NCBI GenBank assembly: GCA_040752415.1
Contig: JBFMGU010000016.1
Span: forward strand, 1 to 64,000
Source of the DNA: Myxococcota bacterium
GTDB taxonomy: Bacteria; Myxococcota; JACRCW01
Direction of reading: 5' to 3'
Length of the DNA: 64,000 nucleotides
The notes under the pieces are model-generated. The model did not search any database, was not told the DNA's origin, and saw nothing but the letters and a program-made list of their open reading frames with translations. The position numbers and the translations under genes were made by a program. This document shows, in pieces, positions 41,401-48,120 of this stretch (position 1 is the stretch's first letter; the number at the start of each line of letters is the position of its first letter).

Positions 41401-44400
41401 ACGTGAAATGCACGGTTCCGGCGTAAGCGGTGTCCACGGCGCCATTGGAGAGCTTGGAGGTCACGGTGACGTCGAACGCGGTGCCCGCCACCACCGGCGT
41501 CGCCGGCCCCACCACGTCAAACCCCGCCGCCACGCCCAGCCGGTAGTGCCGCAGGATCTCTTCCGACGACAGCGCGCGGTTGTAGATGGCCACCTCGTCG
41601 TAGTCGCCGGGCAGGAACCCGTAGGAGCCGCTGCCCACCATGGAGGGCGCGGTCACGTTGGCGCGTCCCGACGTGACTCCGGTGCGCACGAGCTGTCCGT
41701 TGAGGAAGATGGACGGCTGCTTGTCGACGTAGACCACCGCCACGTGCGCGAACGTGGAGCCCGCTGGGAAGACCGTTCCGTCGTACACCGCCATGGCGGG
41801 CATGTAGTTGTCGCCGTGCTCGTAGACGGAGATGCCGTTGGTGCCCAGCGAGATGCCCGCGCCCGCGTTCGAAGCGCCGCCGTGGTTGGGATAGAAGAGC
41901 CATCGCTGACCGCTGGTGCCGGGGTTGCCCGCGGTGCTTCCCTCGACGTCGATCTCATGCGTCTGCGTGGTGCTGACCCACGCCTCGATGGTGAAGGTGT
42001 TGGCGGGAATCCGGGACAGGTAGTCGCCGGCGGACGTCAGTGTGCCCGCGCTGCCGCTGCTGCCAATGGCGGTGGCCAGGTTTCCATCGGTGGTGGCGCC
42101 CACGCGGTTGCGGGAGAAGGTGCCGCTGAGGAACGCGTCGCTGCGCAACGGTGCCAGCGTGTTGGGATCCACGGCGTTGGCGCTGTCATACACGGTGGCG
42201 CCGTTGGTCTCGTCCAGGCGGTAGAACACCAGCGGCCCGTCGGCACGGATGCGCGCGGCGTAGGAGCTGTTCGCCAACGGGTCCGCCTGGAACTGCACGG
42301 TGACCGCCGTGGCCAACGCCACACCGTCGACGGAAGCGCTCACCACCGCGTCCGCGGGAGAGACCGGCGCGCGCAGCAGCTGCTCGTAGACGCGGCCCTC
42401 CTCCACGTACACCACGTTGCCCACCAGGCTTCCTGCCGTCGTGGAGAAGACCACGTTTCGTCCCGGTTGCAGCAGGTTCCCGTACGCGTCCTGCGGAATG
42501 GCGAACACGCGCACCAGGGTGGAGCCGTCGGCGGGGACCTGCGTCTCGTCGGCGGAGAGCAGCGTCACCTCGGCGCTGACGGGACCCGGGTCCACCTGCT
42601 GCTCGTAGACACCGTCCAGGTCCGCGTTCGCCGTGTCCGTGACCCGCACGGTGTTCACGCCCACCCGGGTGAAGGTGAAGGCGTTGGTGAAGGTGCGCTG
42701 GCCCAGGTCGGGCGGACCGAAGGTGACGTCGGCAGGAAGCGTGACGCCTTGGTTGGGGCTGGTGAAGTGCACGGTGCCCGCGTACCCGGTGTTCACCGTT
42801 CCGTCGGCGTTCCGTGCCGTCACGGTGAGGCTGAACGGCTCACCCGCGGTGATCGCCGTCGTGGGGCCCGCCACGTCAAACTCGTTGGCGCGCCGACTGG
42901 CCCACCGCACCGCGTCGACGACGAGGCGCTGCACATTCGGGTCGGAGAACTGGGTGTTCCCGCCGTAGTTGCCCGCGAGCTGCAGCCCCACCACGCGACC
43001 GCTGCCGAACTCGCGCACCGCCAACGCGGCCTGCCCGGACTGGTTGGTCAGCAGCACCGTCACGGGATTGGCGCCGAAGGTATGCGCCTGCGTGTGGCAC
43101 CAGTGCCCGGTGAAGGAGAACGACGACGCCACGTTGTCCAGGATGGGATGGCTCGCCTGGGACGGCACGTCGTTGAAGGTCACCGTCCCGCCGCTGTTGG
43201 TGCCGCCCGGGCAGTCGAACACGATGAGGTCCCGCATGGTGTTCATGCGCCCATTGGCCAGCTCATACGCGTTGAACTCCGTGCCCACGTACGCGCCACC
43301 ATCCTGGACGAACTGCACCAGCGCGCTCTGCCCGGCGGTGTTCATCTGGGTGGCGTAGGAGATGCCGTTGAGGTGCACCACCGCGTCGTATCCGGCCAGC
43401 GGTGGGTTGGTCCCGTCGTAGGACTCCTCCGGGTTGGGCGTGCGGTTCACCACGAACTCCGCCGCTTCCAGCGCTGCAATCAGGGAGAGCGTGGAAGCGC
43501 TGACGTTGTCGTAGATGACCAGCACGCGCGGTACATCCTCGTCGCACACGTTGCCCACGCCGTCGCCATCCAGGTCGGCCTGGTTGGTGTTGACCACCGC
43601 GGGGCAGTTGTCGGTGGCGTCGGGAACTCCGTCTCCGTCGGTGTCGCCCGCCAGCGGCACGCGCGCGGCCCAGTTGATGGCGTTCATCATCAGGCGCTGC
43701 ATGGGCGCCTGGGAGAGGATGTTGCTGCTGTTGTAGTTGGCGTTGTGGTTGAAGTGCACGGCGCGGCCCGCGCCCACGTCGCGGATGGCCAGCGCGTCGT
43801 TGCCCTGCTGGTCGCGCATCAGGATGGGCGGGACGTCGGTGACGAAGTCATGGAAGCGCGTGAGGCACCAGCCGCTGTTGGGGAACGCCACCGGGGAGGG
43901 CACGTTGGCCAGGATGGGATGCGCGGACATTCCCGGCACGTCGGTCAGCGTCAGCGTTCCAAAGTTGTTGCTGCCACCCGGGCAGTCCATGAGGATGAGG
44001 TCGCGCATCGTCGTCATGCGCCCGTTGGCAAGCTCGTAGGCGTTGAACTCCGTGCCCACGTAGGCGCCGCCCAGGTTCACGTAGTCGACGAGGGCCTGCT
44101 GGCCCACCACGTTCATCTGCGTGGCGTAGGAAAGGCCGTTGACGTGCACCACGGCGTCAAACAGCGACGGTGCCGGCGAGCCCGCGTACGACTCCTCCTG
44201 CCCGTAGTAGGTGACCGCAAACCCCTCGTCCTCCATGGCGCGGATGAAGCTCAGCGTGTCGCCGTCGTACTGGTCGTAGATGAAGAGGACCTGCAGCGCG
44301 TCGGGGTCGCAAGCGTTGCCCACGCCGTCGCCGTCGTTGTCCAGCTGGTTGGTGTTGGGCACGGCGGGACAGTTGTCCACGTTGTCCAGGATGCCGTCGC

Positions 44401-46660
44401 TGTCGACGTCACCGGCGCTGGTCACCTTGGCGGTCCAGCGGATGGCGTTGAGGGTGAGCTGAAGGATGTCCGGGTCCGTCAGCTCCGTGCCGCCGTTGTA
44501 GTTGCCGTTGTGATGGAACCCCACCACGCGGCCTTGCCCGTACTCGCGCACCGCAATGGCGTCCCGCCCCGCGGTGTCCCGCGCCAACGCCACGGCGGGC
44601 TGGGTGGCAAACTGCTTGAGCCGCGTGTCCACGAAACCGCCGTAGTACTGGTAGGGCATGGGCACGCCTGAGAGCACCGGGTGGGCCTCCATCCCAGCAA
44701 TGGCGTCGACGGTGATGGTGGTGAAGCCGTTGTTGGTGTCGGGCTGGAACAGGATGAGCTCCGTCATGGAGAGCATCCGGTTGCTGCCGTTCTCGTAGGT
44801 GTTGAACTCCGTGCCAATGAAGCCACCACCGTTCTGCACGTACTGCGTGAGCGCGGTCTGGCCTGCCACCGGCATCTGCGTGGCGTAGGTGGTGCCGTTG
44901 AGGTGCATCACCACGTCGTAGGCGCTGGGCGCGGGGTTGGTGCCGTCGTAGCCGGTCTCCACGGTGTTGCTGAGGAAGACGTCCACGCCCTGCGCCTCCA
45001 GCCACGCAATCATCCCGTACGTGCTCGACGAGAGCGTGTCCCAGATGAGCAACAGGCGCAGCGTGTCCGCGTCGCAGACGTTGCCCTGCCCGTCACCGTC
45101 GGTGTCCATCTGGGTGACGTTGGGATCGGTGGGACAGTTGTCGTTGACGTCGGGAACACCGTCCTGGTCGGTGTCGCCGGGACGCGGGACGGCGCTGCCC
45201 CAGATGGCGGCGTTGTAATAGAGCTGCTGCAGGTTGGCGTTGCTGAGCGCGCCCACGCTGGCATACCCGCCCGCGGTGTTGAGGCCCACCACGCGCCCCG
45301 CCCCCACGTGCTTCACGACGACAGCCGGGCTTCCCTCCTGGTCCCGCGCCAGCACGGTGGGCTGGTGGTCCAGGTAGCGACGGATGCGCGTGCGCGACCA
45401 GTACGACGTGACACTGAAGCTCGACGGCACGCCATCCAGCACCGGGTGCGCGGCGGCGGAGGAATCCACGGTCACCGTCCACGTTCCGCCGGTGTTGCTG
45501 GAATGCTCCAGCAGGATGAGCGGCAACATGCTCAGCATCCGGTTGTTGTCCACCTCGTAGCCGTTGAACTCTCCACCCGCGTAGCTGCCGCCGTTCTGCA
45601 CGTACTGCGTGAGCGCGGTCTGGCCCGCCGTTGGCATCTGCGTGGAGTAGGTGACGCCGTTGAGATGGATGACGCTGTCAAACCCGTCGGGCGCGGGGTT
45701 GGTCCCGTCGTAGGCGTTCTCCGCGGTGGAGCTCAGCGTCACGTGCAGCCCGCGGTCCTCCAGCGACTGCACCAGGTTCAGCGTCTCCGCCTGCAGCGAG
45801 TCCCAGATGACCAGCACGCGCGGCGTGTCGGCGTCGCAGGCGTTGCCGGTCCCGTCGCCATCCAGGTCCTGCTGCGCGGGGTTGTGCAGGGAGGGACAGT
45901 TGTCGCTGACGTCGGGGATGCCGTCCTGGTCGCTGTCGCCGGACGCGGGCTGGCGCGTGCTCCAATTGACTGCGTTGACGTACAGCCGCTGCACGTCGAC
46001 GTTGGAGAGCATGGCGTAGGTGGAATAGTTGGACGCCAGGTTGAAGTGCACCGCGCGCCCCAGGCCGAACTCCCGCACCGCGGCGGCGGCGGAGCCCTCG
46101 TGGTCGCGCATCAGCGCCACGGCGGGCTGGGTGTCAAAGTGGCGGACGCGGGCGCGGCTCCAGTAGGCGTTGAGCGAGAAGGAGCTGGGCACGCCGCTCA
46201 GCAGCGGGTGCGAGGAGAACTGCGCAATGTGCGAGAGCGTGTACGTGCCGCCCGTGTTGCTCCCGGAATAGGCCAGCGGCATCAGGTCGACCATGCTCAG
46301 CATGCGGTTGTTGTCGACCTCGAAGGCGTTGAACTCGCTGCCCACGTAGCCGCCACCGTTCTGGACAAAGTTCACCAGCGCGGTCTGACCGGCCACCGGC
46401 ATCTGCGTGGCGGAGGTCTGCCCGTTGAGGTGCACCACGGCGTCAAAGCCATCCGTGGCCGGGTTGGTCCCGTTCCAGCCGGTCTCCGACGTGGCGCTCA
46501 ACGTCACCGTCATGCCCGCGGCCTCCAGCGCCGTGCGCAGCGACGTCAGGTGCGTGTTGTTCTGGTCCCAGATCAGCAGGACGTTGGGCGCGGCCTGCGC
46601 GCCTGCGGGTGCCAGGACAAGACAAAGCCCCAGCGTCAGCCTTCGGATGGCCTTTTCCAC
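29456..46660 (-). CDS. Giant (~5,700 aa) secreted adhesin-RHS/YD-repeat protein
   Basis: GTG start at 46660 after GGGAG, then a signal peptide ending AQA; five ~210-aa GATase/ThuA-like repeats separated by TSP3-type DxDxDGxxDxxDNCP repeats; invasin-like Ig, LamG, many FN3 and Ig domains; YD repeats; RHS core [30 protein letters not shown]...[10 protein letters not shown]; ~160-aa Cys/Gly-rich tip. Confidence 0.93.
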   Translation of the reverse strand: [5734 protein letters not shown]

Positions 46661-46760
46661 GCGGACTCCCCTTGGAGGTGCTCCCCGGTTTGAGCGGGGG
46701 CGCAAGCTAGCACGGGGGTGGTGACGGGCGTTTGACGGCCATCACCCACGGAGCGTTTGG
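46384..46760 (-). repeat. Copy 1 of a ~370-bp direct repeat (promoter and 5' end of the giant RHS gene)
   Basis: Shares long blocks with 53382-53750, e.g. ccatccgtggccgggttggtc, ggtctccgacgtggc, ttccacgcggactccccttggag, tttgacggccatc. Confidence 0.9.
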
Positions 46761-46975
46761 GAAAAACCTGCGCGGTACGGGCACGGGGCTGCCCCCCAGG
46801 ACCAAGGCTGCCCATCCCCGCCGTGATCCGGCGAACCTACCCACTCGCTCCCCCAGCACTTCCCGCTGTGCCATGGCCACCCGCGCCCTACCCGGTGCCC
46901 CGCTGTCCTTGAACGGGAGCCGCTTGCCAGCTCCTGGTCATCACACAACGCCAATGATGCGCTAGGGTCCCGCGC

Positions 46976-47683
46976 ATGGATCCGCGGACCATCAAGCTCG
47001 TTCCGCCCATGCTGCCAGCGACCTTCCCGCGCACGTCGCTGGGGACTGGTGGCTTTCCGCCCTACTCCGCGCCTTTCCTGCTGTTCTTCAGGCCCGCGCG
47101 CTTCTTTGAGTACGTGCTGGACTCCTGTCCTAACGGCCTGGTCATTCTCGGGGTGTTGCTCACGGGGCTTGCCGCGCCCGTCGGCGCCCAGGTCGCCGGC
47201 AACGATAGCAACGAAGCTGTTGCCGCCGCGTTTGCCGCGGGGAAGGTGAAAGCGGTTGCTGCGCTGAGCCCCATTGCCGCCATCATCCACTACTACGTGT
47301 GGGGCGCGCTGTCCCAACTTAGACTGCGACTCTGTGGTGTCAAAGACCCCGACGCACAACTGGTACGCACCTCCTACGTGCTTGCTGAGCTGGTTGAGGC
47401 TCTTCCCATCACGCTCTGGCTGGCCGTCACGCTGGTTGCCTTTGCTCTGGATATCGACGTGGATGTGGCTGCCCTGGGCGTGCCGGTTCTTGTCGTGAGC
47501 TGGCTTTGGTCGTATCGCACGCACTACGTGGCGGCGCGCGTCTTGTTTGGTGCGCCCCGGGGACGCACGGTGATGGTGTTTAGCGCACCATTCCTGGCGG
47601 CGGCGCTCCTTGTCGGCGCAGTGGCGCTGGAAGACCTCACGTCCAACAACGATGACACCGCTGTTGACCTCGAGGATGCATGA
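46976..47683 (+). CDS. Polytopic membrane protein (Yip1-like)
   Basis: FFRPARFF N-terminal motif followed by about five hydrophobic helices; ATGA overlap with the pilin gene. Confidence 0.6.
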   Translation: MDPRTIKLVPPMLPATFPRTSLGTGGFPPYSAPFLLFFRPARFFEYVLDSCPNGLVILGVLLTGLAAPVGAQVAGNDSNEAVAAAFAAGKVKAVAALSPIAAIIHYYVWGALSQLRLRLCGVKDPDAQLVRTSYVLAELVEALPITLWLAVTLVAFALDIDVDVAALGVPVLVVSWLWSYRTHYVAARVLFGAPRGRTVMVFSAPFLAAALLVGAVALEDLTSNNDDTAVDLEDA

Positions 47684-48120
47684 GGAACGGAAGGTCCCAC
47701 GGGTTCACGCTGATGGAGCTGGCGGCCGTCGTCGCCATCCTGTCCCTCATCGCCGCGTTTGGCATGCCCACGTACGACATGTTCGTGCGACGTGCCCGCA
47801 CCGCAGAAGCGCGCGCCGTGCTGGAGTCCCTGGCGCATGCGGAGCTGGCCTACCGGAGGGACCACCGGCGGTTCCTGGAGCTTCCGCCCAATCCTCCGCC
47901 AGCACCCGGCGCGCAGCCGCACGCGGCCGTCGACAATGCGCAGTGGCGAGAACTGGGTATGCCGCTACGGGGGGACTATTGGTTCCAGTATTCCACCGAG
48001 TACTCCGGCGGAGCCTGGCTGGTGGTGGCCCGCGGCGATCAGAACGGCGACGGTCTGGAGTCCCGTTTCACCATCAACCTTGAGACCCTCAAGCTCTCAA
48101 CCACGGACGAGTTGGAATGA
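47680..48120 (+). CDS. Type IV pilin (PilA/PilE-like)
   Basis: Class III signal HG|FTLMELAAVVAILSLIAAFGMP followed by YDMFVRRARTAEARAVL. Confidence 0.9.
   Translation: MRNGRSHGFTLMELAAVVAILSLIAAFGMPTYDMFVRRARTAEARAVLESLAHAELAYRRDHRRFLELPPNPPPAPGAQPHAAVDNAQWRELGMPLRGDYWFQYSTEYSGGAWLVVARGDQNGDGLESRFTINLETLKLSTTDELE

Noticed and set aside
31415..46693. Long plus-strand ORFs (31415-36079, 38663-40804, 40817-44671, 44681-46693)
   Set aside because: Antisense shadows of the giant RHS gene with no recognisable domains.
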